Source of the DNA: Eledone cirrhosa
Lineage: Eukaryota
DNA length: 64,000 bases
Direction: 5' to 3'
Assembly (NCBI GenBank): GCA_964016885.1
Contig: OZ024747.1
Span: forward strand, 27,652,001-27,716,000
Below the pieces are notes generated by a model that did no database searches, had not been told where the DNA came from, and was given only the letters and a program-made list of their open reading frames with translations. Positions 1 to 10,723 of the stretch are shown here, piece after piece (positions within the stretch are counted from its first letter, which is position 1; each line of letters begins with the position of its first letter). The position numbers and the translations under genes are program-made.

Positions 1-1903
1 GGTCATGAAGGTCACGGAAAAAGTAATAGCGCAACTAATCAGAGAGAGAATTGATCTAGATGAAATGCAGTTCGGGTTTGTGTCAGGCAAAAGTACCACA
101 GACGCTCTTTTCATTGTACGACAACTACAGGAGAAGTACCTAGCTAAAAGTAAACCCCTATACTTAGCTTTTGTCGACTTGGAGAAAGCCTTCGACAGAG
201 TCCCCTGTTCCATTATCTGGTGGTCTCTTAGAAAACTAGGTGTTGACGAATGGCTTGTGAGAGCTATACAAGCCATGTATAAAGAAACAGTCAGTAAGGT
301 TAGAATTAACAACGAATATAGTGAAGAGTTTAGCGTAAAAGTTGGTGTCCATCAGGGCTCTGTTCTTAGCCCCCTACTATTTATTATTGCCCTTCAGGCT
401 ATAACAGAGGAGTTCAAGACCGGCTGCCCACGGGAACTCCTATACGCAGATGATCTAACGCTCATAGCTGAATCAATGACCGAACTAGAGAAGAAATTCC
501 AAACATGGAAGCACGGCCTAGAATCAAAAGGCCTTAAAATTAACCTGGCTAAGACTAAAGTTCTAGTTTGTAGGAAAGAAAATAGGGCGGCGGTCCCTTC
601 CGGGGAAATGGCCATGCTCAGTGTGTAGGAAAGGCATAGGTAGAAACTCCATTTTATGTCCCCAATGCAAAGTATGGGTGCATAAAAGATGTAGTGGGAT
701 CATAGGTAAGCTAACTAAGAACATAGATTTTACATGTGGCCGGTGCTCTGGTGCAATAAGTAGCAGCAAGTGCCCACTAAATACTAGCTCTTTCAATTGC
801 GCAGAGGGTTCTATAGAAATAGTGGACAGCTTCCGTTACCTGGGTGACAAAATCAGCAGTGGGGGAGGGTGCTCTGAAAGTACAGTAGCTAGAGTCAGAA
901 CTGGATGGAAAAAGTTCAGAGAGCTTATACCACTATTAGCCGCTAGAAGGTTCTCCCTAAAAATGAAAGGCAGGTTATACAATGCCTGCATACGAACAGC
1001 AATGCTGCATGGCAGTGAGACCTGGGCATTGTGTGCAGAGGATATACGCAGACTAGAGAGGAACGAAGCTTGCACGCTCCGCTGGATGTGCAATAGTAAT
1101 ATACGTGAACGGCTAAGCATAAACGAACTAAGGAAAAAATTAGAAATAAGAGGGATCAGATGTTGTTTACTCGAGAGAAGGCTACGTTGGTACGGTCACG
1201 TGATGTGCATGAAAGACGACAGCTGTATAACAAAGTGCAGGGCAATAAAGATAGACGGTAGCCACGGAGTAGGCAGACCCAGAAAAACCTGGGACGACAT
1301 GATAAATTCCGACCTCACACGCTTACACCTCTCCAAGACAATGTCACTAGACCGAGACCTTTGGCGATACTCAGTAATAGAGAAGACCCGCCTTACCTAA
1401 ATACAAAGTAAAAATCTACTACAGTTAGTAGGCATCTCTATCAAAACACACACCCGTCCCACCACCTCCACCCCATCCACACCGCCCCTTTCAATGTAAA
1501 GTTATGTTGGTCCCACAACATCCAGGCCGAAAAAAATGAGATCGTGTAGGTGTCACGACAAAAAACACACAGTCCACGCTGTAAATGTGGCCGTGTAGGC
1601 AACACGGTAAAAACCTCCCAGCCCCACACTGTAAATGTGGTTGGTGTTAGGAAGGGCATCCAGCTGTAGAAAACCCGCCAGACAGTCCACGCTGTAATGT
1701 GGCTGTGTAGGCAACACGGTAAAAACCTCCCAGCCCCACACTGTAAATGTGGTTGGTGTTAGGAAGGGCATCCAGCTGTAGAAAACCCGCCAGACAGTCC
1801 TATGCGAGCAAGACAACCACTCTTGCCTCAAGTGGGAAAACCCCCGTCCAAACCCATGCAAGCATGGAACACGGACACTCAACCTGATGATGATGATGAT
1901 GAT
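1..1903 (+). mobile_element. RTE-clade LINE, PHD-in-RT family, subfamily A: RT to 3' end, one frameshift, (GAT)n tail; runs off the window start
   Basis: ORFs 5..628 and 621..1400 give RT motifs QFGF, FVDLEKAFD, GVHQGSVLSPLLF, LLYADD, FRYLG and the RTE C-terminus RLRWYGHV..GRPRKTW..DRDLWR. +1 frameshift near 601-605 versus the intact copy (TCCGGGGAAA vs TCTGGGAAA). 3' UTR 1401-1885, then (GAT)n. Confidence 0.95.
1570..1794 (+). repeat. Tandem duplication (113 + 112 bp) of a hairpin-rich module in the RTE 3' UTR
   Basis: CAGTCCACGCTGTAA..CCGTGTAGGCAACACGG..GGTTGGTGTTAGGAAGGGCATCCAGCTGTAGAAAACCCGCCAGA starts at 1570 and 1683. Also doubled in the copy at 26.3-26.8 kb; single in the copies at 3.4 and 8.3 kb. 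Confidence 0.9.
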
Positions 1904-1930
1904 ATATATACATTATATATATATATATAC

Positions 1931-1966
<36 letters not shown>

Positions 1967-2029
1967 GTATATATATCATCATCATCATCATCAGGTTGAG
2001 TGTCCGTGTTCCATGCTTGCATGGGTTTG
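1849..2029. repeat. Fold-back inverted duplication of the LINE 3' terminus across (TA)n
   Basis: CAAACCCATGCAAGCATGGAACACGGACACTCAACCTGATGAT..TACATTATA is mirrored by TATAATGTA..ATCATCAGGTTGAGTGTCCGTGTTCCATGCTTGCATGGGTTTG. Confidence 0.9.
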
Positions 2030-2049
2030 TATATACATGTATATACATG

Positions 2050-2208
2050 TGTATATATATATATATATATACTATATATATATATATATATATACATTAT
2101 ATATATATATACATTATATATATATATATATATACATTATATATATATATATATATATATACATTATATATATATATATACATTATATATATATATATAT
2201 ATATATAC

Positions 2209-2247
<39 letters not shown>

Positions 2248-2270
2248 TATATATATATATATATATACAT

Positions 2271-2310
<40 letters not shown>

Positions 2311-2313
2311 CAT

Positions 2314-2361
<48 letters not shown>

Positions 2362-2362
2362 C

Positions 2363-2418
<56 letters not shown>

Positions 2419-2463
2419 TATATATTATATATATATATATACATTATATATATATATATATAC

Positions 2464-2498
<35 letters not shown>

Positions 2499-2626
2499 TA
2501 TATATATATATATATACATACATTATATATATATATATACATTATATATATATATATATATATACATTATATATATATATATATACATTATATATATATA
2601 TATATACATTATATATATATATATAC

Positions 2627-2675
<49 letters not shown>

Positions 2676-2836
2676 TATATATATATATATATATATATAT
2701 ACATTATATATATATATATATATATATACATTATATATATATATATATATATACATTATATATATATATATATACATTATATATATATATATATATATAT
2801 ACATTATATATACATTATATATATATATATATATAC

Positions 2837-2892
<56 letters not shown>

Positions 2893-2937
2893 TATATATT
2901 ATATATATATATATACATTATATATATATATATATAC

Positions 2938-2972
<35 letters not shown>

Positions 2973-3079
2973 TATATATATATATATATACATACATTAT
3001 ATATATATATATACATTATATATATATATATATATATACATTATATATATATATATATACATTATATATATATATATAC

Positions 3080-3128
<49 letters not shown>

Positions 3129-3344
3129 TATATATATATATATATATATATATACATTATATATATATATATATATATATACATTATATATATATATATA
3201 TACATTATATATATATATATATACATTATATATATATATATATATATATACATTATATATACATTATATATATATATATATATACATTATATATATATAT
3301 ACATATATATATATATAATATACATATATATATATATACATTAT
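2050..3344. repeat. (TA)n array periodically interrupted by CAT
   Basis: Dozens of TATA-CAT-TATA units. The rare variants TAATTA and CATACAT recur about 474 bp apart (approx. 2413/2888 and 2517/2991), implying a higher-order duplication. Confidence 0.9.
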
Positions 3345-6300
3345 CATCATCATCATCATCATTATCAACGTTTAACGTCCGTGTTCCACGCTTGCATGGG
3401 TTTGGACGGGGGTAGTCCCACTTGAGGCAAGAGTGATTGTCTTGCTCGCATAGGACTGTCTGGCAGGTTTTCTACAGTTGGATGCCCTTCCTAACACCAA
3501 CCACATTTACAGTGTGGGTCTGGGAGGTTTTTACCGTGTTGCCTACACGGCCACATTACAGCGTGGACTGTGTGTTTTTTTGTCGTGACACCTACACGAT
3601 CTCATTTGTTTCGGCCTGGATGGCGCGGCACCAACATAACTTTACATAGAACGGGGTGGTGTGGATGGGGTGGGGGTGGCGGCGGGAGGGGTGTATTTTG
3701 TTAGAGATGCCTACTGGCAAGGCGGGTCTTCTCTGTTACTGAGTACCGCCAAAGGTCACGGTCCAGTGACATTGTCTTGGAAAGGTGTAAGTGTGTGAGG
3801 TCGGAGTTTATCAGCTCATCCCATGTTTTTCTAGGTCTACCTATTCCGTGGCTACCGTCTATCTTTATTGCCCTGCACTTTGTAATACAGCTATCGACTT
3901 TCATGCGCATCACGTGTCCATACCAACGCAGCCTTCTCTCGAGTAAACAACATCTGATCCCTCTTATCTCTAATTTTTTCCTTAGTTCGTTTATGCTTTG
4001 CCGTTCACGTATATTACTGTTACACATCCAGCGGAGCATGCAAGCTTCGTTCCTCTCTAGTCTGCGTATATCCTCTGCACACAATGCCCAGGTCTCACTA
4101 CCATGCAACATTGCTGTTCGTATGCAGGCATCGTACAACCTGCCTTTCATTTTTAGGGAGAACCCTTTAGCAGCTAATAGTGGTATAAGCTCTCTGAACT
4201 TTTTCCAACCAGTTCTGACTCTAGCTACAGTACTTTCAGAGCACCCTCCCCCACTGCTGATTTTATCGCCCAGGTAACGGAAGCTGTCCACTATTTCTAT
4301 AGAACCCTCTGCGCAATTGAAAGAGCTAGTATTTTGTGGGCACTTGCTGCTACTTATTGCACCAGAACACCGGCCACATGTAAAGTCTATGTTCTTAGTT
4401 AGCTTACCTGTGATCCCACTACATCTTTTATGCACCCATACTTTGCATTTAGGACATAAGATGGAGTTTCTACCTACGCCTTTCCTACATACCGAGCACG
4501 ACCATTTCCCAGAAGGGACCGCCGCCTTGTTTTCTTTCCTACAAACTAGAACTTTGGTCTTAGCCAGGTTAATTTTAAGTCCTTTTGACTCTAGGCCGTG
4601 CTTCCATGTTTGGAATTTCTTCTCTAGCTCGGCCATTGATTCCGCTATGAGTGTCAGGTCGTCTGCGTATAGGAGTTCCCATGGGCAGCCTGTCTTGAAC
4701 TCCTCTGTTATAGCCTGAAGGGCAATAATAAATAGTAGGGGGCTGAGAACAGAGCCCTGATGGACGCCAACTTTTACGCTAAACTCTTCACTATATTCGT
4801 TGTTAATTCTAACCTTGCTGACTGTTTCTTTATACATGGCTTGTATAGCCCTCACAAGCCATTCGTCAACGCCTAGTTTTCTAAGAGCCCACCAGATAAT
4901 GGAGCGGGGGACTCTGTCGAAGGCTTTCTCCAGGTCGACAAAAGCTAAGTAGAGGGGTTTACCTTTAGCTAGGTACTTCTCCTGTAGTTGTCGTACTATG
5001 AAAAGAGCGTCTGTGGTGCTTTTGCCTGACACAAACCCGAACTGCATTTCATCTAGATCAATTCTCTCTCTGATTAGTTGCGCTATTACTTTTTCCGTGA
5101 CCTTCATGACCTGGTCGATTAATTTAATGCCTCTATAGTTACTCCTATCTAGGGCGTCTCCTTTACCCTTATAACAGTTAACGATGATGCTGCTATGCCA
5201 GTCCTTCGGAACAACCCCATTCTGTACGACTTGGTTAACTATGCGGGTGACCATGGTGTGTCCCACCGTGCCAGATGCCTTCAGCATCTCAGCAACTATT
5301 TCCGAAGGCCCAGCCGCCTTACCAGTCTTCATATCCTTGATTGCCTTACTTATTATACTCCCCTCGACTAACACTGCTGGTCCCTCTATCGGGTCGATAA
5401 GGGGGAGACTGTCTTTCTCCCATTTATTTTCCTCATTTAGTAGCCTTTCATAGTGACACTTCCAAGCTACCTTCTTATCAGTGTCGGTGATGGCAAGTAT
5501 GCCATCATCGTTAAGTACACACTTCTCCCCGACAATATCACGGTTTTCCTTGACGCATTGCCTGGCAATCCTGAACACCTCACGTTTTTGGTCATCGCGT
5601 TGTAGAACATGCTTGAACTTTCTTTCCTCAGCTTCCCTTCTTGCTAAGTACACTTCTCTCCTAGCTTCCCTCCTGGCCACTTGATAGTCTACTCTACTTC
5701 CCCCATCCCGCCATACTTTCCAAGCCTGCTTTTTGGCCTTAATTGACCCCTCCACCCTATTGTTCCACCACCATGTTACTCTCCTACTGCCTACAGGCCT
5801 GCTCCAGCCACAGACTTCGTCTGTCGCCAACAGCAGGTTTGCTTTCAGAAATTTCCACTGTCCCTCTATATTGTCCGATTCTAGATGCTCTTCCTTACTG
5901 TCGAAAGCATCAAGTAATATGCTTTGAAATTTATTTCTGGCTGTGGGGTCCTTTAGTTTCCATATTTTCCTCCTGAGGATAGTCCTCTTCTGCTGTCGGG
6001 TGCGTCTCGTCCTGACTATGAGGTCGCTAATTATCAGTCTATGTTGGGAGGTGCATTCTTCATGGGGGAGGGATTTAGTGTTTACAACAGACACTCTGTC
6101 ACGTCTTCTGGTAAGGATATAATCTACCTGGCTTGTGTGTTCCCCGGATCTATAGGTAATCAGGTGATTGTCACGTTTTTTGAAGTTAGTGTTACAGATA
6201 GTTAGGTTATTTGCATCACAGTATTCCAGAATTCTGGAGCCTTCCTCATTTCTAGTACCAAACCCATAGCCTCCATGGATTTCGTCATAGCCGTCACAAT

Positions 6301-6548
6301 GTTGTCCAACGTGACCATTTAGGTCGCCTGCAATAATTATATAGTCACTGTCAGATATTTGGGAGGTAGTTAGCAACAGTGTCTCATAGAATCTGTCTTT
6401 TATAGTGCCGGGCAGTCCGGATTGGGGTGCGTACGCAGATATTACTGTCACCGTAGTTCTATTGAGGACAAGTCTTATTTTAATTATTCTGTCGTTCACT
6501 CTATTTACGTCTATTATCTTATCTGCCCACTTTTCTGCTACCATGATT
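3345..6548 (-). mobile_element. RTE-clade LINE, PHD-in-RT family, subfamily B; 5'-truncated inside the APE domain, young
   Basis: Uninterrupted ORF, 3' UTR and (GAT)n tail. Candidate 6-bp TSD CATTAT at 3339-3344 and 6549-6554. Confidence 0.95.
3701..6544 (-). CDS. RTE ORF, 947 aa: partial AP endonuclease + reverse transcriptase with inserted PHD finger + RTE C-terminus
   Basis: APE motifs ISAYAPQ, AGDLNGHVG, SQVDYIL, SQHRLI. RT motifs NYRGIKL, FVDLEKAFD, QGSVLSP, YADD. PHD CSVC..CPKC..HKRC..CGRC. The start Met is internal; the N-terminal APE motifs are missing. Confidence 0.92.
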   Translation of the reverse strand: MVAEKWADKIIDVNRVNDRIIKIRLVLNRTTVTVISAYAPQSGLPGTIKDRFYETLLLTTSQISDSDYIIIAGDLNGHVGQHCDGYDEIHGGYGFGTRNEEGSRILEYCDANNLTICNTNFKKRDNHLITYRSGEHTSQVDYILTRRRDRVSVVNTKSLPHEECTSQHRLIISDLIVRTRRTRQQKRTILRRKIWKLKDPTARNKFQSILLDAFDSKEEHLESDNIEGQWKFLKANLLLATDEVCGWSRPVGSRRVTWWWNNRVEGSIKAKKQAWKVWRDGGSRVDYQVARREARREVYLARREAEERKFKHVLQRDDQKREVFRIARQCVKENRDIVGEKCVLNDDGILAITDTDKKVAWKCHYERLLNEENKWEKDSLPLIDPIEGPAVLVEGSIISKAIKDMKTGKAAGPSEIVAEMLKASGTVGHTMVTRIVNQVVQNGVVPKDWHSSIIVNCYKGKGDALDRSNYRGIKLIDQVMKVTEKVIAQLIRERIDLDEMQFGFVSGKSTTDALFIVRQLQEKYLAKGKPLYLAFVDLEKAFDRVPRSIIWWALRKLGVDEWLVRAIQAMYKETVSKVRINNEYSEEFSVKVGVHQGSVLSPLLFIIALQAITEEFKTGCPWELLYADDLTLIAESMAELEKKFQTWKHGLESKGLKINLAKTKVLVCRKENKAAVPSGKWSCSVCRKGVGRNSILCPKCKVWVHKRCSGITGKLTKNIDFTCGRCSGAISSSKCPQNTSSFNCAEGSIEIVDSFRYLGDKISSGGGCSESTVARVRTGWKKFRELIPLLAAKGFSLKMKGRLYDACIRTAMLHGSETWALCAEDIRRLERNEACMLRWMCNSNIRERQSINELRKKLEIRGIRCCLLERRLRWYGHVMRMKVDSCITKCRAIKIDGSHGIGRPRKTWDELINSDLTHLHLSKTMSLDRDLWRYSVTEKTRLASRHL

Positions 6549-6622
6549 CATTATATATATATATATATATATACATTATATATATATACATATATATATA
6601 CATTATATATATATATATATAC

Positions 6623-6665
<43 letters not shown>

Positions 6666-6941
6666 TATATATATATATATATATACATTATATATATATA
6701 TATATATATACATTATATATATATATATATATATATATACATTATATATATATACATTATATATATATATTATATATATATATATATACATTATATATAT
6801 ATATACATTATATATATATATATATACATGATACATATATATATATATATGTATACATTATATATATATATACATTATATATATATATATATATACATGA
6901 TACATATATATATATATATACATTATATATATATATATATA
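6549..6941. repeat. (TA)n/CAT interrupted array on the 5' side of the RTE
   Basis: Same TACATTATA unit as 2050-3344, with a few CATGATA variants. Confidence 0.9.
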
Positions 6942-6984
6942 AAAGTAATAGGATTTCGCTTCAAGCATAACTTTATACAATATG

Positions 6985-7183
6985 TATAAATATTTCGTAT
7001 CTCGAAACAAACAGTTTTAGGAAGCCGTAGCTATGCAAACACCGGGGGGGCTAACGCCCTCTGGTGATGTCACCCTTGCTTCTGCCGGACATCACCAGAG
7101 GGCGTTAGCCCCCCCCCCCCCCCGTGTTTGTATAGCTACAGCTTCCTAAAACCGTATTTCTTTGGAGATACAAAATATTTATA
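6985..7183. mobile_element. About 200-bp palindromic (MITE/fold-back) element
   Basis: Arms 6985-7071 and 7088-7183 are near-perfect inverted repeats (GTTTTAGGAAGCYGTAGCTAT..GCTAACGCCCTCTGGTGATGTC) with a 16-nt loop; flanked by TA-rich sequence. Confidence 0.8.
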
Positions 7184-7577
7184 TATATATATATATATAT
7201 ATATTTATACAGTATATTATATATATAGAAGGTGAATTAACAGAGTTGTTAAAACATCAGATGAAATATTTTGTGGTATTCTTTCTGGTGGTCTGTCCTC
7301 TGATACAAATATCCTGCTGAGGTCAACTTTGGTTTTCATCTTTTTGAGGTTGATAAAAAAAAAAGTACCAGTCCTGTACTGAGGAAAGGGGATTAACTCT
7401 CCCTTTATATCTCTTTCCCTCTTTCACTCTCTCCTTCTCTGAAAGAAATTGGCTGTGTTCAAATCTAGAGAAGAGATGGGCTCTGCCCAACACATGTTGT
7501 ACGTCACTACAGAGCATTTATGATGCCATCAGAAGTTATGTATCCATACATATTTATATAATACACACATACATACA

Positions 7578-7620
<43 letters not shown>

Positions 7621-7637
7621 CACACATACATACATGC

Positions 7638-7668
<31 letters not shown>

Positions 7669-7697
7669 AATATATAAATATAATATATATAGTATAT

Positions 7698-7882
7698 AGG
7701 GCGGTGAATTGGCAGTATCGGTAGAGGGTCGGACATGCTTTCCAGCATAGTTACGTCCCTTTACGATCTGAGTTCAAATCCTGCCGAGATTAACTTTGCC
7801 TTTCATCCTTATGGGGTCGATAAAATAAAGTATCAGTAACATACTGGGTAATTGCTGGCCTTGTGCCAAATGTAGAAACAAT
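7698..7882 (+). mobile_element. tRNA-derived SINE (octopus-type, Nin/Deu-like body)
   Basis: A-box-like TGGCAGTATCGG, B-box GTTCAAATCC, body TTTGCCTTTCATCC..GGGGTCGATAAAATAAAGTA, end GCTGGCCTTGTGCC. Multiple copies in the window. Confidence 0.85.
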
Positions 7883-7908
7883 TATATATATATATATATA
7901 TATATTAG

Positions 7909-8541
7909 AAATTAGAGATAAGAGGGATCAGATGTTGTTTACTCGAGAGAAGGCTGCGTTGGTATGGACACGTGATGCGCATGAAAGTCGATAGCTGTAT
8001 AACAAAGTGCAGGGCAATAAAGATAGACGGTAGCCACGGAATAGGCAGACCTAGAAAAACATGGGATGAGCTGATAAACTCCGACCTCACACACTTACAC
8101 CTCTCCAAGACAATGTCACTGGACCGAGACCTTTGGCGGTACTCAGTAACAGAGAAGACCCGCCTTGCCAGTAGGCATCTCTAACAAAATACACCCCCGT
8201 CCCGCCACCACCCCCACCCCATCCACACCACCCCGTTCTATGTAAAGTTATGTTGGTGCCGCGCCATCCAGGCCGAAACAAATGAGATCGTGTAGGTGTC
8301 ACGACAAAAAAACACACAGTCCACGCTGTAATGTGGCCGTGTAGGCAACACGGTAAAAACCTCCCAGACCCACACTGTAAATGTGGTTGGTGTTAGGAAG
8401 GGCATCCAACTGTAGAAAACCTGCCAGACAGTCCTATGCGAGCAAGACAATCACTCTTGCCTCAAGTGGGACTACCCCCATCCAAACCCATGCAAGCGTG
8501 GAACACGGACGTTAAACGTTGATGATGATGATGATGATGAT
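7909..8541 (+). mobile_element. RTE (PHD family, subfamily B) 3' fragment
   Basis: Near-identical to the reverse complement of approx. 3345-3975. Ends KTRLASRHL*, with (GAT)n tail and (TA)n on both sides. Confidence 0.93.
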
Positions 8542-9149
8542 ATATATATAATATCAAAGACATAATTTCTCTTTGAATAAAATTTGATGGTTTCAGTAGA
8601 AATTATTTACTATATTTTCTTTCTATTTTCTAATCCGTTTTACCTTCTGCCAAGTAATTTCAGTAGTAAATCCATGATTAAGATTTTTTAAGGAAAATAT
8701 TTCTATATACTGAATATCAATGAAAACAATGAATAAATACAAGGTAGGATAATGATATTGATACAACATGAGTGACAATAAGAAAGAAGGAACAAGATAA
8801 TGATTGAGCTGTGTGTGTGTATGTGTGTGAGTAGTGTATACACATATATGTAATGGTCTCAGTATTTTCTGATCAAGGAGACAATTACATACGTATTGAT
8901 TATCATTGAATAACTTCCTTATTATTGGCTTAGTTTTCTGTTAACACAATTTTCTTCTTTTAATTACACTTCTATCAAACATTTCACAGTAAATATACAC
9001 AATTCCTTTTTTAGACTGTTATTTCTGTATATACATATGCATGAGTGTGTATGTTTGTATATTTCATCAACATCATTGATGTTGATGAATATGACAGTTC
9101 CCAAAATGATAGGAATTATGATTATGTTGAAATAAATATCATCAACCAT

Positions 9150-9497
9150 TTTATAGATTGTACTGAATGCATTCTATCATAACACCAACACTAAAGGGGG
9201 TTGCTTTGTCCACTGCAAGACTAAAGACTCCTTTCAAATATAGTCTTCATTCAAGCAGTCACTTTTACAAACTGTACTGAATGCATTTTATCATGGCACC
9301 AACACCAAAGAGGTTGTCTTGTTCTCTGCAAGACTAAAGAGTTTTTCTACCCCATGTAATCTCTCTGTTCAATTACTACCACTTTACAGATTGTACTGGG
9401 TCTATTTTATTGTAGCACCAACAATAGAGAGGTTGGTTTGTACTCTGCAGGTCTAAAAAGACCTCTCTACTCCACATAACCTCTGTTCTTTCAAGGT
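9150..9497 (-). repeat. Three diverged units of about 115 bp resembling the RTE 3'-UTR module
   Basis: TTTAYAGAYTGTACTG..ATTTTAT..GCACCAACA..CTGCARGACTAAAGA repeats at approx. 9150, 9263 and 9382. A related single copy lies at approx. 20452-20535. Confidence 0.65.
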
Positions 9498-9548
9498 CAA
9501 TGTGGTTGATGAAACTTACTATAGACAAAAATGGAGAGGGGGACTTAC

Positions 9549-10479
9549 TTGATAATTCTTCAACTGCTTTTTGGTACTGTTTCAACAGAAAGATCATCTC
9601 AGCAGATTCCAGTTTCCTGGGTTTGGAAGGACATTTTTGTGGAGTTTGTAACTTGGATTTATTAATTAACTGAAACTTTTTGTTATCTCTCTTTCGTAAG
9701 ATCACACCACCTTTATTATCTAATTCAAAGCCTTTTGGGAGGGAATCACTTCTTTCAGGGGTTGGCGGGCCTGCTACTTTACTTTTAGTTCCTGTATTTC
9801 CTTGGATAGCTTGTGTCAAAAGTTTTGTCCGCTCCTTAATTAAACCACCCCCGAGAAACTTTATTTCTTCAGGATCACGCATGGCAATTCCTTTGTCGAG
9901 AACTACATGTTTAGGGGAAGCATTTGTGTTCTTGTTGGGAGGTTCTGTGGAGTTTTCATGATTGCTCTGCTGGCTGATCTGCCGAGTGGTCTGATAAGGA
10001 GATTTCCGCACATGATGTGGCTTTGTTGTTGGAGATGTGTTTGTGGTAGTTTCACAGGAGAAAGCAGCTGGAATGTTGATTTTATTTGTTGTACTTAGCC
10101 GTGATCCTGACTCCAAAGATGATCCACCATTTATCACTGAGTTGCTGTTAGGGGGGGTATCACAGGATGACTCAACCTTGTTATTTGACAACCTCTTACC
10201 CGATTCTTCTTGTTTCGATAATGACTTCTGCTCGACACTGGACTTCCGATCAATTGTCGAAACATTCTTCCAGTCTAGAGTCGAAGCATTCTTGGATTCC
10301 AAGGTTTTGAGGGTAGGTTTGGTTGTTGATGTAGAGTTGGTTATTTTATCAGTGGCGGTGTGGGGCTTAAACTTGGAGTTTTTATCGGAGACTTTCCGTG
10401 TGGAGTTGATCTCAGGTTTATTTGACGATGGTGCATCAAATCGGGCTTTCAGAGCAGAAACTGTGATGTTTCCCTGACC
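9549..10479 (-). CDS. Internal coding exon (931 nt, phase 0 to 1) of a host gene; S/T/K/P-rich disordered protein, possibly an FYB/ADAP-like adaptor
   Basis: Acceptor TTTTCTTGCCAG|GGT at 10480/10479 and donor TCAA|GTAAGT at 9549/9548. Open frame GQGNITVSALKARFDAP...CPSKPRKLESAEMIFLLKQYQKAVEELS in non-repetitive sequence. The family call rests only on short motif resemblance. Confidence 0.8.
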
Positions 10480-10723
10480 CTGGCAAGAAAAATAGACAAA
10501 AGAAACAAATCAATCATATTTATAACATAAATATTATCTATGTATAAACACACTAACATACACACACTTTATCCACACATAATCAGGGGATAATTTCTTG
10601 CCCTTTTTCTATATATTTGGCTATATATGTGTGTGTGTATGTAATCATAATCACTAACATCATTTTACATCTGCTGCCCATGATAGCATAGGTTAGACTA
10701 TATATATATATATATATATATAT

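Noticed and set aside
1887-3425. 512-aa, 471-aa and similar Y/I/H/T- or C/V-rich ORFs (also at 6.4, 24.8, 42.8, 47.8-49.8 and 54.2 kb)
   Set aside because: They are translations of (TA)n/(CA)n microsatellites, which lack stop codons.
3701-6544. Complete autonomous LINE
   Set aside because: The ORF is uninterrupted but starts mid-endonuclease with no 5' UTR; 5'-truncated.
9376-9548. C-terminus of the 308-aa ORF
   Set aside because: It lies past a consensus GTAAGT donor and runs into repeat-derived sequence, so it is intronic.
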